A DNA stretch of 36,626 nt from a virus: positions 1-36,626 of IMG/VR virus record IMGVR_UViG_3300020037_000280; one strand, 5' to 3'. The notes beneath the pieces were generated by a model that was not told where the DNA came from, searched no databases, and saw only the letters and a program-made list of their open reading frames with translations. Both the position numbers and the translations under genes were made by a program. This document shows positions 1 through 8,524 of the stretch, piece after piece (position 1 is the first letter of the stretch; the number at the start of each line of letters is the position of its first letter).

Positions 1-121
1 GCTATTAACTCTTGTTCTGTCATGGGTTTCATAAGCCACCTCTCAAGATTCCCAAGGCGGCTTCTGCATCACGATAAATATCAATGTAGTGAGGCGGTTC
101 ATTGCCGCGCAAATTTTTGTA
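1..121. repeat. Left copy of an exact 121-bp terminal direct repeat (circular-assembly overlap or short DTR)
   Basis: Bases 1-121 (gctattaactcttgttctgtcatggg...cgcaaatttttgta) recur verbatim at 36506-36626. Leftward ORFs are continuous across the junction. Confidence 0.95.
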
Positions 122-583
122 ACGCTGATGAATCTCATCTAACGATAATGGCTTTAGTTCAGGTGCTGGTGCTGGTGCTGGCTCTGGTGGTTCTTCACCA
201 ATTGCAGCAAACACTTCTGTGATGTGGTGTCCTAGCGGAAAGTTAGGAAATGACCGTGCGCGGTGCGCTATCATTTTCAGCAAATCTGTGTAATCTGGTG
301 CTGGTGGGTGGGTTGGCAATAACTCTGCGGTCTTTTGGAACAATGCGGGTACGTGTTCACCATACTGATAAATTATCTCGCCATCTTTTAAGGCTTTCCA
401 GCGCCATATCTGATTGAAACATTTAAGACGCTCTGCATCTTTGGTTAGCTCGGCAATGCGCCCTTCTTGTGCTAAATACGCTTCTATTAATTTTTCTATA
501 GCCTCTGCTGGTCGCGTCATCCGAACTGAACGTAAGGTAGATGCCATAGATTTAGCGTCATCAATTACGGTGTTTTTTGTCAT
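29..583 (-). CDS. Hypothetical early protein (184 aa) with a Pro/Ala linker
   Basis: Long ORF in the leftward operon. Its TGA overlaps (ATGA) the start of the next leftward ORF across the circular junction. PEPAPAPAPE linker present; no domain recognised. Confidence 0.7.
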   Translation of the reverse strand: MTKNTVIDDAKSMASTLRSVRMTRPAEAIEKLIEAYLAQEGRIAELTKDAERLKCFNQIWRWKALKDGEIIYQYGEHVPALFQKTAELLPTHPPAPDYTDLLKMIAHRARSFPNFPLGHHITEVFAAIGEEPPEPAPAPAPELKPLSLDEIHQRYKNLRGNEPPHYIDIYRDAEAALGILRGGL

Positions 584-679
584 ATCAATTCCTTAGTTAA
601 TCCCCCTAGCCATTAATAAAACTTAACGGCTATTGCATACGAGAGGGTGGGCGTATCTTTCTTTTACCGAGGAGGAAAG

Positions 680-949
680 TTAATCTGCTTTGTATGGTTT
701 TTCAGGGCTATCTGACCATTCGTGCATAATTCCGCTAGGCTTATATAAAACACCCACAAAAACACCGTCTACATTTTTAACATTACCAATCATCCATGAA
801 GCCCAAAATTTCTTTTGCGCTGCTATTGAATAGTCACTAACTTCTTTGTAGTTGTCTGAATATACAAACAGCACGTTAAAGCCTTTTCTTTTAGTGTCCC
901 AAGGATGCCCATAATTCCTAACTAATTGCGTCTTTAACATTACGATCAA
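680..949 (-). CDS. Hypothetical protein (89 aa)
   Basis: ORF whose start overlaps the ssb stop by 4 nt (946-949). No recognisable motif. Confidence 0.6.
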   Translation of the reverse strand: MIVMLKTQLVRNYGHPWDTKRKGFNVLFVYSDNYKEVSDYSIAAQKKFWASWMIGNVKNVDGVFVGVLYKPSGIMHEWSDSPEKPYKAD

Positions 950-1377
950 AAAGGTATATCTGAGTCCATATCATCAAACCCACTAGCAGCCCTAGGAGAT
1001 TGCTTAGGTGCTTGCCGTGGTGCACCAGCAGATTCACCGCTAGGTTTTCCACCCAATAGCTGCATACTGTCTGCAATAATGTCGCAGGTGTTTTGCTCTA
1101 CACCGTCTTTATTGGTGAACTTGCCATATTTCAAGCGCCCCTCTACATAAATAGGTGAACCTTTCTTCACATATTCGCCCACAATCTCTGCGAGTTTGTC
1201 AAAGAAAGTCACGCGATGCCATTCGGTGCTTTCAATGTTTTCGCCTGATTGCTTGTCTTTGCGCTTGCTGGTAGTGGCTACACTGATGCTTGCTACGGCT
1301 TGACCGCTAGGTAAATAGCGAATTTCCGGGTCTCGTCCTGCGTTGCCAATAATTTGGACTTTATTCAAACTTGCCAT
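946..1377 (-). CDS. ssb: Single-stranded DNA-binding protein
   Basis: OB-fold SSB N-terminus ([28 protein letters not shown]), a Gly/Pro-rich tail and the canonical acidic tip DDMDSDIPF. Confidence 0.95.
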   Translation of the reverse strand: MASLNKVQIIGNAGRDPEIRYLPSGQAVASISVATTSKRKDKQSGENIESTEWHRVTFFDKLAEIVGEYVKKGSPIYVEGRLKYGKFTNKDGVEQNTCDIIADSMQLLGGKPSGESAGAPRQAPKQSPRAASGFDDMDSDIPF

Positions 1378-1389
1378 TTTGTTTTCCTT

Positions 1390-1770
1390 TTAAATGTGAC
1401 CGTTTAAGTTATGAAATCTTGTGTGTTCGCCATTGGTCATTAGCTGTAAATTTTCAAGTCGGTTATCTGTTTTTTTACCATTTATGTGATGCACAACTTC
1501 CCCACGAAGTATTGATCTTCCAATGTGCATTTCCATAAAATGAATATGCTGTCTGCGCCATCCTTTTAATGTTTTCTGTTCGATATATCCTGATTTTTTA
1601 TGCACCCTTATTGACCCAATTGGCTTAGCCATCCGCTTATTTCTTATGGTGTTCGCACAACTTAGACAACTCCAAACACCAGTACGTTTAATGACCTGAT
1701 TGGTTTGTTTTAGAGTTCTTTTAAAAACGCCATCACATTTATGGCAGTTAATGTCAATTACTGATGCCAT
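1390..1770 (-). CDS. HNH homing-type endonuclease
   Basis: HHINGKKTDNRLENLQLMTNGEHTRFH (H-N-H motif) plus an N-terminal CxxC...CxxC zinc-finger-like segment. Sits between ssb and the annealing protein. Confidence 0.85.
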   Translation of the reverse strand: MASVIDINCHKCDGVFKRTLKQTNQVIKRTGVWSCLSCANTIRNKRMAKPIGSIRVHKKSGYIEQKTLKGWRRQHIHFMEMHIGRSILRGEVVHHINGKKTDNRLENLQLMTNGEHTRFHNLNGHI

Positions 1771-1773
1771 GAT

Positions 1774-2427
1774 TTATGCTGCTTTCTTTTGTAGTGATTG
1801 ATGATGGTTACGAATTGCTGTGCGAATGTTTGACGGTAATAAATTGTGCAAAGCAATAGCTTCTTCTCCGTCTGTGATTCCCATTTTTTCGCCATAAGCA
1901 TCAATGATGTTATCTTTTGCAAAATGCTCTTTGATGTTTTCCGCGCATAACTGAATGATTGCCAAGCGGCCTGCACTGATGCCAAGTGTTTCAGTTTTGG
2001 GGCTTGCAGGGATAATGGTTACTTTGGTATCTTTCTTTGTGTCAGGTGCTTCTTCACCCTCTGGTAAATCTTCGCCAGCATAGATATACAAGCCCAAACC
2101 ATGCAGGGATAACGCCTTGGTCATACAGCGCATAATGGCGGTATTGACTTGGAAAGCATCGGGGTTTGATATGGCCTTGTTGCGATGATCCATTACGGGT
2201 AATTGGCAGGTCATAGCCTTTTCAAACATGGTTACAGTTACCCAAACCATGCAAGTGCCGTTAATATCCATGAAGCATTTGTCGCCGAACATTTCTACTT
2301 TGTAGGACACTTTAGGGTCAGCTTTCAATGCTTCAGCCCAAGCCCAAGCCCACGATAGATAAATCAGGTTTGCTTTCTTTTCCGTGTGTTCATTCACATT
2401 TGTTTTTAAGAGTGTTTCGATATTCAT
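1774..2427 (-). CDS. DUF1071 / Sak3-like single-strand annealing (recombination) protein
   Basis: Motifs YLSWAWAWAEALK, LPVMDHRNKAI and ALSLHGLGLYIYAGEDLP match my recollection of DUF1071 phage SSAPs. Adjacent to ssb. Confidence 0.7.
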   Translation of the reverse strand: MNIETLLKTNVNEHTEKKANLIYLSWAWAWAEALKADPKVSYKVEMFGDKCFMDINGTCMVWVTVTMFEKAMTCQLPVMDHRNKAISNPDAFQVNTAIMRCMTKALSLHGLGLYIYAGEDLPEGEEAPDTKKDTKVTIIPASPKTETLGISAGRLAIIQLCAENIKEHFAKDNIIDAYGEKMGITDGEEAIALHNLLPSNIRTAIRNHHQSLQKKAA

Positions 2428-2547
2428 AATGTCCTCTGTTAAAAATAATCAGGATTACCGCCAGCACGTAAATGACGGCGATATTTCTATGCGTCTAACG
2501 CTACTTGAATAGCGTGTTTAAGGTCTTGTAGTAGTGTTTTCATAAAG

Positions 2548-2679
2548 TCACCAAAAAATTAAATAAACTGCCAAACAAACAAGCGCAATAACCCATGCAC
2601 ATATCCAGCAAGTCGCACGCGCAAATTCGGCATTGATTGATTCGTCGCTGTCATCACATTGGCCTAATGAGCATTTCAT
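2548..2679 (-). CDS. Possible 43-aa tail-anchored membrane peptide
   Basis: ATG overlaps the stop of the upstream gene (ATGA at 2676-2679). MKCSLGQCDDSDESINAEFARATCWICAWVIALVCLAVYLIFW has a C-terminal TM helix. Below the ORF-track cutoff. Confidence 0.35.
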   Translation of the reverse strand: MKCSLGQCDDSDESINAEFARATCWICAWVIALVCLAVYLIFW

Positions 2680-3068
2680 TTGGACACCTTGCATACTGTT
2701 TGAATAGATTTCGCTACGCGCTCAGGGTCATCATTGAAGTAATAACCAAGGCACATTTGCACCTTTTCAGCTTTGAACATCTCGCGCTTAATCGCGCCTT
2801 TGAAGTCGTACTCAGCCAGTTTTGCGCCATCGCTCATACCGTCTAATCGCACAGATTCACTACGGCTAATCATTTCGTTTTCGCTTGCAATTTGACCGAT
2901 TGCAAACCCACCAGCGACCAAGCAAGTAGCGATGACGGCAGTCTGAGAATGTTTATCCATCCATTTGTCAATAGCGGGTAATTGGTTTTGTTTGAACAAC
3001 CACACGCGCAAACTAATGGCGCTTTTGAGCTGTAGATATTCTTCTTTGAGAGGGTGGTTTAGTCTCAT
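2676..3068 (-). CDS. Hypothetical membrane-anchored protein (130 aa)
   Basis: ORF with a central hydrophobic helix TAVIATCLVAGGFAIGQIA. Its start overlaps the upstream stop. Confidence 0.7.
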   Translation of the reverse strand: MRLNHPLKEEYLQLKSAISLRVWLFKQNQLPAIDKWMDKHSQTAVIATCLVAGGFAIGQIASENEMISRSESVRLDGMSDGAKLAEYDFKGAIKREMFKAEKVQMCLGYYFNDDPERVAKSIQTVCKVSK

Positions 3069-3412
3069 GCTGTCACCCCCTGCACAATTTCATCTTCAAT
3101 TTGGCTAATCAATCCTTCTGATAAAACATCTTCAGCTTTGAGCCATTGACCATCAATCCAAACTGATAGCACGTTGACTTGTGCATCAAAAGATGGGTCT
3201 GTTCCTGTTTCGATTTGTGCAGGGTCAAACTCGTATGACACCCAAAGATTTGCGCCATATGCTTCAGTGCAGTGGAGTCCTTCACCAACAGGTGCGCTTG
3301 CAGGTTCTTTCTCAGCGCGTAGAGTTGCAACGATTCTGTAAGCGTTGTCTAGCTTGGCTTTCAATGCGCCAACTTCTTGCGACAGTCTTGTGATTTGTTC
3401 TAGCATGTTCAC
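3065..3412 (-). CDS. First gene of the leftward early operon, hypothetical (115 aa)
   Basis: Strong SD (ccaaggagtgaacATG on the minus strand). N-terminal coiled-coil-like segment. No repressor-like HTH seen. Confidence 0.7.
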   Translation of the reverse strand: MNMLEQITRLSQEVGALKAKLDNAYRIVATLRAEKEPASAPVGEGLHCTEAYGANLWVSYEFDPAQIETGTDPSFDAQVNVLSVWIDGQWLKAEDVLSEGLISQIEDEIVQGVTA

Positions 3413-3439
3413 TCCTTGGTTTAGTTAAGAGTTCGTTTA

Positions 3440-3468
3440 GTGATATGCCCCAAGCAATAACAGGTCAA
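3440..3468 (-). promoter_or_regulatory. Candidate leftward early promoter (TTGACC-17-TATCAC)
   Basis: Minus-strand TTGACC (3468-3463), a 17-nt spacer, then TATCAC (3445-3440), about 20 nt upstream of the SD/ATG at 3412. Confidence 0.45.
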
Positions 3469-3546
3469 ATTGTTAATAAATAACCTGAAGCACATCTCTA
3501 AACAAACTCTGCTTTATCGACAACACTAATTTGCAGCCGATGATGG

Positions 3547-3645
3547 ATTGTAAACCAAATTACAGAACTTCTGCGAATTATTTTATACTCCCGAAGCATT
3601 ATAGGGTTTATACCTATGTAAGTTTGATTAAATTAGGTTTACAAT
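3547..3645. promoter_or_regulatory. 10-bp inverted repeat pair (ATTGTAAACC / GGTTTACAAT), candidate operator half-sites
   Basis: attgtaaacc at 3547-3556 and its exact reverse complement ggtttacaat at 3636-3645. A related gggtttatacc lies at 3604-3614. Confidence 0.4.
3560..3589 (+). promoter_or_regulatory. Candidate rightward early promoter (TTACAG-18-TATACT)
   Basis: TTACAG at 3560-3565, an 18-nt spacer, then TATACT at 3584-3589. The -35 abuts the ATTGTAAACC repeat arm. Confidence 0.4.
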
Positions 3646-3652
3646 CGCGTTT

Positions 3653-3865
3653 ATGAACAAATCTTATGCTATCCAACTGTTAGGCGGCACAGCGTCAAAA
3701 GCTGCACGAACTATAGGCAGAACGCCACAGGCCGTTATCCAATGGCCTGACCCATTAACCGAGCGCATACAAGAGACGGTAGAGTTCCACTTTAACAGAT
3801 TACCACCATCACAAAAGCGTAAAAACAAAGCTAAAGCAGAAGCGTTATTAAGGGGGCAAGAATGA
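3653..3865 (+). CDS. Cro / YdaS-like HTH regulator (70 aa)
   Basis: AIQLLGGTASKAARTIGRTPQAVIQW matches the YdaS/Cro-type HTH pattern. It is the first gene of the rightward operon next to the divergent control region. Confidence 0.6.
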   Translation: MNKSYAIQLLGGTASKAARTIGRTPQAVIQWPDPLTERIQETVEFHFNRLPPSQKRKNKAKAEALLRGQE

Positions 3866-4077
3866 ATGGTAAAAAACTAGAAAAAATTGATAGCGCGGAC
3901 TTGAAAATGATACGCGAAAGATACAGCCTAAACGGTGGTGTAACAGTACGAGGAATGCTGACTCTTATTGATGCAGTGCAGGTTGTATTTTGCGAAAAAA
4001 ATGGATTGACGTTAAGAGATTCAGAAACTGAATTAAGCGAAAGAATCAAACAATTTAAAAAGGCGTTGGAAGCATGA
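3862..4077 (+). CDS. Hypothetical early protein (71 aa)
   Basis: ATGA overlap with the upstream stop. No domain recognised. Confidence 0.6.
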   Translation: MNGKKLEKIDSADLKMIRERYSLNGGVTVRGMLTLIDAVQVVFCEKNGLTLRDSETELSERIKQFKKALEA

Positions 4078-4298
4078 AGCTATCTAAACATAACGCCTTT
4101 ACCCCAAACCTCTGCGCTATAACTGGCAACGTTCGTACTAGCAGCATTGTCATTGCACAGCTAACCCCACAGCAGTACAGAAAAGAGCCAAAGACAGCAT
4201 CAGACATTACTGCATTTATGTCACCTAGCGCACAGATAGTTATCGGTACTAAAGCTGATTCTGATAAACGCGTTTCATTTAGCAAGGCGCGGATATAG
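4074..4298 (+). CDS. Hypothetical early protein (74 aa)
   Basis: ATGA overlap with the upstream stop. No domain recognised. Confidence 0.55.
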   Translation: MKLSKHNAFTPNLCAITGNVRTSSIVIAQLTPQQYRKEPKTASDITAFMSPSAQIVIGTKADSDKRVSFSKARI

Positions 4299-4378
4299 TT
4301 TGCGATTGTAGAAAAAGCAAACCCCATAATCATAAGCCAATGATTACAGGGTTTTAACCAAAAATAAGGAGGTATTTT

Positions 4379-6589
4379 ATGGCTAATGATATTTTATACG
4401 AGGATTTTATAAAATCCAAACGGCGAACAGAGATTGCTACAGGACATACTCCGGGCGAGTTAAACGAGCATTTATTCGATTTTCAACACGCCATTGTTTC
4501 GTGGGCTGTGAGGCGTGGACGCGCCGCCATATTCGCAGATACTGGACTAGGAAAAACTTTAATGCAGCTCTCATGGGCTGACGAGGTGTCAACGTATAGC
4601 GATGGCATTGTTTTGATTTTAGCTCCATTGGCTGTATCAGAGCAGACTATTGAACAGGGCGCTACTTTTGGTATTGAAGTTAAACGAGTGCCAGAGGGTG
4701 AAACTCCTAAGAATAGCGGAGTTTGGATTACCAACTATGAGCGAATAAATGCAATAGACTTTGATTCATTGACTGGTATTGTGCTGGATGAATCAAGCAT
4801 TTTGAAAAGCCATGATGGTAAAACAAGGACTGCAATTATTCAATCATGCCAGTCAATACCGTACCGACTAAGCTGCACAGCTACGCCAAGCCCTAATGAC
4901 TTCGAGGAATTAGGCAATCAGTGCGAGTTTTTAGGCGTAATGACACGGACTGAAATGCTCGCTACTTATTTTGTAAACGACGCAGGCGATACAGGTACAT
5001 GGATATTAAAAGGATGGGGGCAATCAAGATATTGGGAATGGATGGGGACTTGGTCTGTTGTATTGCGTAGTCCTGCTGATATTGGATTTGATGGGTCACG
5101 TTATGATTTGCCGAAACTTGAATATCATGAGCACGTAGTTGCAACTGACGTGATTGGCGATGAATTATTCTCACGGCCTGCTATGGGATTGGCAGAGCGT
5201 AGGAAAGCCCAAAGAGATAGCATCATTGAACGATGCAAAGCACTGGCCGAAGTCGTTAATTCAGAGCCGAATGAGCCGTGGTTGATTTGGTGTCATTTGA
5301 ACGATGAAGCAGAGATGCTGCAAAGCATGATTGCAGGGTCAGTTAATGTCCAAGGCTCTGACAAACCAGAAAGCAAAACAAAAAACCTGCTAGGGTTTGC
5401 GCATGGTGATATTCGCGTATTGATTAGCAAGCCAAAAATAGCAGGCTACGGCATGAATTGGCAACACTGCGCGCGCATGGCGTTTGTCGGTCTTGACGAT
5501 TCATTTGAAAAGTTTTATCAAGCCGTGCGCAGGTGCTATAGATTCGGGCAAAAGCGCGAAGTCCAAGTGCATATTTTCACGGCTGAAAATGAAGGACAGA
5601 TATTGCTAAATATCAAAAGAAAAGAAGCCCAACATCACAAAATGAGCATTAATATGATTGAACACATGAAAGATATTATGAATCAAGAATTAGCAGGTCA
5701 GGTAAATATCGTTGACACATACAAAGAAGATACGCATAAAGGCGATGGCTACACGATACACCTTGGAGATTGTGTGAAGTGGGCGCGTAGAATGGATGAC
5801 AACAGCGTTGATTATTCAGTATTTTCACCGCCATTTGCAGATCTATTTGTTTACTCAAACAGTGACCATGATATGGGGAATTGTCGCAATGATGATGAAT
5901 TTGTGGCTCAATTAAAATTTTTAATTACTGAGCTTTATAGAGTTATTAAACCCGGTCGCAATGTTTCATTCCATTGCATGAATCTGCCAACAACAAAAAT
6001 GCGTCAAGGGTTTATTGGGCTTCGCGACTTTAGGGGAGATTTGATCCGTGCATTCCAAGAAGCAGGTTTTATTTATCACTCAGAGGTTTGTATTTGGAAA
6101 GACCCAGTAGTCGCAATGCAGCGTACCAAAGCACTTGGGTTGCTGCATAAAACAATACGCGAAAACAGCACAATGAGCAGAATGGGGCTACCTGATTACG
6201 TTGTAACAATGCGAAAGCCGGGAGATTGTGAAGAACGCGTTACGCACGGCGATGACTTGCCAGTCTTAATGTGGCAAAAGTACGCCAGTCCTATTTGGGA
6301 CGATATTAACCAAAGTCGCACACTTAACAAAATGCCAGCGCGTGGTGAAAATGATGAAAAGCACATGTGTCCATTACAACTTGATGTCATTGAAAGATGT
6401 ATCCATCTTTGGACAAATAAGGGCGATGTTGTCTTTTCCCCGTTTACAGGAATTGGATCAGAGGGTTATACGGCTGTAAAAATGGATAGGAAATTTATAG
6501 GGACAGAATTAAAACCAGAATACTATGAACTTGCCTGCCAAAATATCAATGATGCTATGCGCGAAAATATGGACTTATTTGCAGCATAA
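4379..6589 (+). CDS. SNF2-family helicase fused to a beta-class N4/N6 DNA methyltransferase (736 aa)
   Basis: Strong SD taaggaggt. Helicase motifs ADTGLGKT (I), VLDESS (II), CTATPSPN (III) and QAVRRCYRFGQ (VI, SNF2-like). MTase motif IV DYSVFSPPFADLF precedes motif I FSPFTGIGSEG, which is the beta permutation. Confidence 0.85.
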   Translation: MANDILYEDFIKSKRRTEIATGHTPGELNEHLFDFQHAIVSWAVRRGRAAIFADTGLGKTLMQLSWADEVSTYSDGIVLILAPLAVSEQTIEQGATFGIEVKRVPEGETPKNSGVWITNYERINAIDFDSLTGIVLDESSILKSHDGKTRTAIIQSCQSIPYRLSCTATPSPNDFEELGNQCEFLGVMTRTEMLATYFVNDAGDTGTWILKGWGQSRYWEWMGTWSVVLRSPADIGFDGSRYDLPKLEYHEHVVATDVIGDELFSRPAMGLAERRKAQRDSIIERCKALAEVVNSEPNEPWLIWCHLNDEAEMLQSMIAGSVNVQGSDKPESKTKNLLGFAHGDIRVLISKPKIAGYGMNWQHCARMAFVGLDDSFEKFYQAVRRCYRFGQKREVQVHIFTAENEGQILLNIKRKEAQHHKMSINMIEHMKDIMNQELAGQVNIVDTYKEDTHKGDGYTIHLGDCVKWARRMDDNSVDYSVFSPPFADLFVYSNSDHDMGNCRNDDEFVAQLKFLITELYRVIKPGRNVSFHCMNLPTTKMRQGFIGLRDFRGDLIRAFQEAGFIYHSEVCIWKDPVVAMQRTKALGLLHKTIRENSTMSRMGLPDYVVTMRKPGDCEERVTHGDDLPVLMWQKYASPIWDDINQSRTLNKMPARGENDEKHMCPLQLDVIERCIHLWTNKGDVVFSPFTGIGSEGYTAVKMDRKFIGTELKPEYYELACQNINDAMRENMDLFAA

Positions 6590-6592
6590 ATC

Positions 6593-6841
6593 ATGCAATC
6601 AAAGACGCAATCAATCATTGAAACAATTACAAACGTGGTGATAGGCTACATTGTGGCGTTACTGTCGCAATTAGCTGTATTCCCACTGTTTGACATTCAC
6701 ATACCGCTATCGTCTAATCTCATGATAGGCGTATGGTTTACTGGTATCGGTTTGGTACGGGGATATTTTGTAAGGCGTTACTTTAATTGGAGACACCATC
6801 ATGCAAACACAACAAAACAAACTAATCAAACGCCTGCGTAA
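6593..6841 (+). CDS. Small two-TM membrane protein (82 aa)
   Basis: Two hydrophobic helices (VVIGYIVALLSQLAVFPLF and LMIGVWFTGIGLV). Confidence 0.65.
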   Translation: MQSKTQSIIETITNVVIGYIVALLSQLAVFPLFDIHIPLSSNLMIGVWFTGIGLVRGYFVRRYFNWRHHHANTTKQTNQTPA

Positions 6842-7007
6842 AGGCTGGTTAAACAGCCTGCAAGCGGTCTACGAATGTGATTGTCTCAAACTTACGACTA
6901 GAGCAAATGAACCTAATTTCCTGATAAAGATAAACGCGCTCGGTCTTAAACTTGAACGAAAAGTAGCAAGTGGAACTCGGTACGTTAGCTATAGGCTGGT
7001 GAAATAA
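6801..7007 (+). CDS. Small winged-HTH-like DNA-binding protein (68 aa)
   Basis: The pattern LIKRLRKGWLNSLQAVYECDCLKLTTRA...YVSYRLV resembles the HTH_39-type phage wHTH. SD ggaga lies 8 nt upstream. Confidence 0.55.
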   Translation: MQTQQNKLIKRLRKGWLNSLQAVYECDCLKLTTRANEPNFLIKINALGLKLERKVASGTRYVSYRLVK

Positions 7008-7010
7008 ATC

Positions 7011-7038
7011 TTGCTATGAATGAAAATAGCGGTATAAT
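7011..7038 (+). promoter_or_regulatory. Candidate promoter TTGCTA-16-TATAAT upstream of the replication module
   Basis: ttgcta (7011-7016), a 16-nt spacer, then consensus tataat (7033-7038). Confidence 0.55.
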
Positions 7039-7070
7039 GATTATGTCTTTGCTGGCACTAAGACGAACAG

Positions 7071-7149
7071 AAGCCCTTAAAGCCTCTACTTTCGAGCCGT
7101 TAAATCGGTACTGTGCCAGCAGGAAAGTAGAAGCTTTAGGGGCTTTTTT
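7071..7149 (+). terminator. Long-stem intrinsic terminator / attenuator 15 nt before the YdaU-like gene
   Basis: aagcccttaaagcctctactttc (7071-7093) pairs with gaaagtagaagctttaggggctt (7123-7145): 23 positions with one G-U and one mismatch. A T6 run follows at 7144-7149. Confidence 0.7.
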
Positions 7150-7163
7150 GTTGGCTAAATAAT

Positions 7164-7928
7164 ATGCATTATTACTCACATCACATTGGAGATATGATAC
7201 GCGATACAGCGCATTTGGACGATCACCAACTGGCAACGTATATGCGAATGATTTGGGCGTATTACCAAACAGAAAAGCCATTTGAAAACAATATGGAAGA
7301 CCTTGCGTTCGCTATGCGTTCGGATGAAAAAACCATTCGATTGCTATTACGCCATTACTTCAAATTAGATGGTGAAGTATGGCGGCATGGTCGGTGCGAC
7401 AAGGTGATTGCAGAGTATCACAGTAAGTCAGAGAAGGCCGCACAAAGCGCAAAAACACGCTGGACTAAAGCAACTGCAAAGCAAACGGATAGCGAAAGCA
7501 ATGCGAACGCATTAGTAGATGGTGCGAACGCACAGAAAAACGATGCTAACCATAAACCAATAACCAATAACCATAAACCAGTAAATAAAGAATACAAGGC
7601 GCAAGCGCCATCAGCTTACGCTGATTTGTTATCCGAAGTTGCTCCGCAGGTTGTTGACGATTGGAAACAGCTCCGAAAAACCAAAAAAGCAGCCGTAACG
7701 CGAACGGTCGTAGAGCAAATCATTGTCGAAGCGGGTAAGGCTGGTTACTCGCTCGAACGGGCTTTATCCGAAAGCTGCGCTAGGGGTTGGACTGGCTTCA
7801 AAGCCGAATGGGTTAGCGGAAAACAAAACGGATTTACCCCTCAAAACCTGAACAAGCAAGAGGCGCTAGAGGCGCGGAATCGCAAAGTTGCAGAACAGTG
7901 GGCTAGAGACATGGCAGGAGCAATTTAA
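7164..7928 (+). CDS. YdaU / DUF1376-family replication-associated protein
   Basis: The N-terminus MHYYSHHIGDMIRDTAHLDDHQLATYMRMIWAYYQTEKPF is the characteristic DUF1376 signature. Confidence 0.8.
   Translation: MHYYSHHIGDMIRDTAHLDDHQLATYMRMIWAYYQTEKPFENNMEDLAFAMRSDEKTIRLLLRHYFKLDGEVWRHGRCDKVIAEYHSKSEKAAQSAKTRWTKATAKQTDSESNANALVDGANAQKNDANHKPITNNHKPVNKEYKAQAPSAYADLLSEVAPQVVDDWKQLRKTKKAAVTRTVVEQIIVEAGKAGYSLERALSESCARGWTGFKAEWVSGKQNGFTPQNLNKQEALEARNRKVAEQWARDMAGAI
7502..7582. repeat. Repeat cluster inside the replication gene: TGCGAACGCA x2 (21-nt spacing) plus (AACCAWW) x5 heptamer array
   Basis: tgcgaacgca at 7502 and 7523. aaccata/aaccaat/aaccaat/aaccata/aaccagt run from 7548 to 7582. Confidence 0.8.
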
Positions 7929-8524
7929 TGGATATTTCAGAATCACAAGCGTTTTCAAACATGATTACCGATGCATTGGCGTATTGGAAGCAGGACGCTA
8001 GCAAATTCACAATCAATGTATGGTGGCAAGGTTGCAAACCATTCACATTGGAGCAGGTATCAAAGGCATTAACAGCCCACGCCACAGACCCCGACAAAGG
8101 GCAATTTCCGCCCAAAGTAGCCGACATAGTGCGACACCTAGCAGGAACTAAAACAGACCGTAGTTTGCTGGCATGGGGCAAGGTTTACGACGCAATGTCC
8201 AGTGTGGGCGCGTATCAGGATGTTGATTTTGGCGATGGTGCTATTCACGCCACGATTATCGACATGGGCGGCTGGCCAAAAATGTGCAGGACTGAATCGG
8301 ATGAACTTAGCTATCTACAGCACAGATTTTGCGAATCATACAGAGCCTACCAAACCGCAGGAACGATAGAAATTCCATACCTGATAGGCGATAGAAGCCC
8401 TGACGAAATGTACCTAAAGCGTGGTTTGCCAGTGCCAAAACCCGTACAGATTGGAGAGGGTAAATCACTGACAAAAGTGAGCCTGATTGAATTGCAACGG
8501 GCAGCATTAGGAGTAGCAGCATGA
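7928..8524 (+). CDS. Replication-module protein of unknown function (198 aa)
   Basis: TAATG-coupled to the YdaU-like gene. No ATPase motifs. Assigned to the module by position only. Confidence 0.65.
   Translation: MDISESQAFSNMITDALAYWKQDASKFTINVWWQGCKPFTLEQVSKALTAHATDPDKGQFPPKVADIVRHLAGTKTDRSLLAWGKVYDAMSSVGAYQDVDFGDGAIHATIIDMGGWPKMCRTESDELSYLQHRFCESYRAYQTAGTIEIPYLIGDRSPDEMYLKRGLPVPKPVQIGEGKSLTKVSLIELQRAALGVAA

Noticed and set aside
163-190. GGTGCT hexanucleotide tandem repeat (about 3.5 copies).
   Set aside because: On the minus strand it encodes the PEPAPAPAPE linker of the 29..583 protein. That makes it a coding low-complexity linker rather than a regulatory or phase-variable repeat, though slippage could change linker length.
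4319-4354. Hairpin aaaccc..taatcat/atgatta..gggttt upstream of the helicase-methylase gene, considered as a terminator.
   Set aside because: The only U-run is already paired with the 5' A-run of the stem, and an internal 2x2 mismatch weakens the stem. It is not convincing as an intrinsic terminator, though it might be an RNA-processing or stability element.
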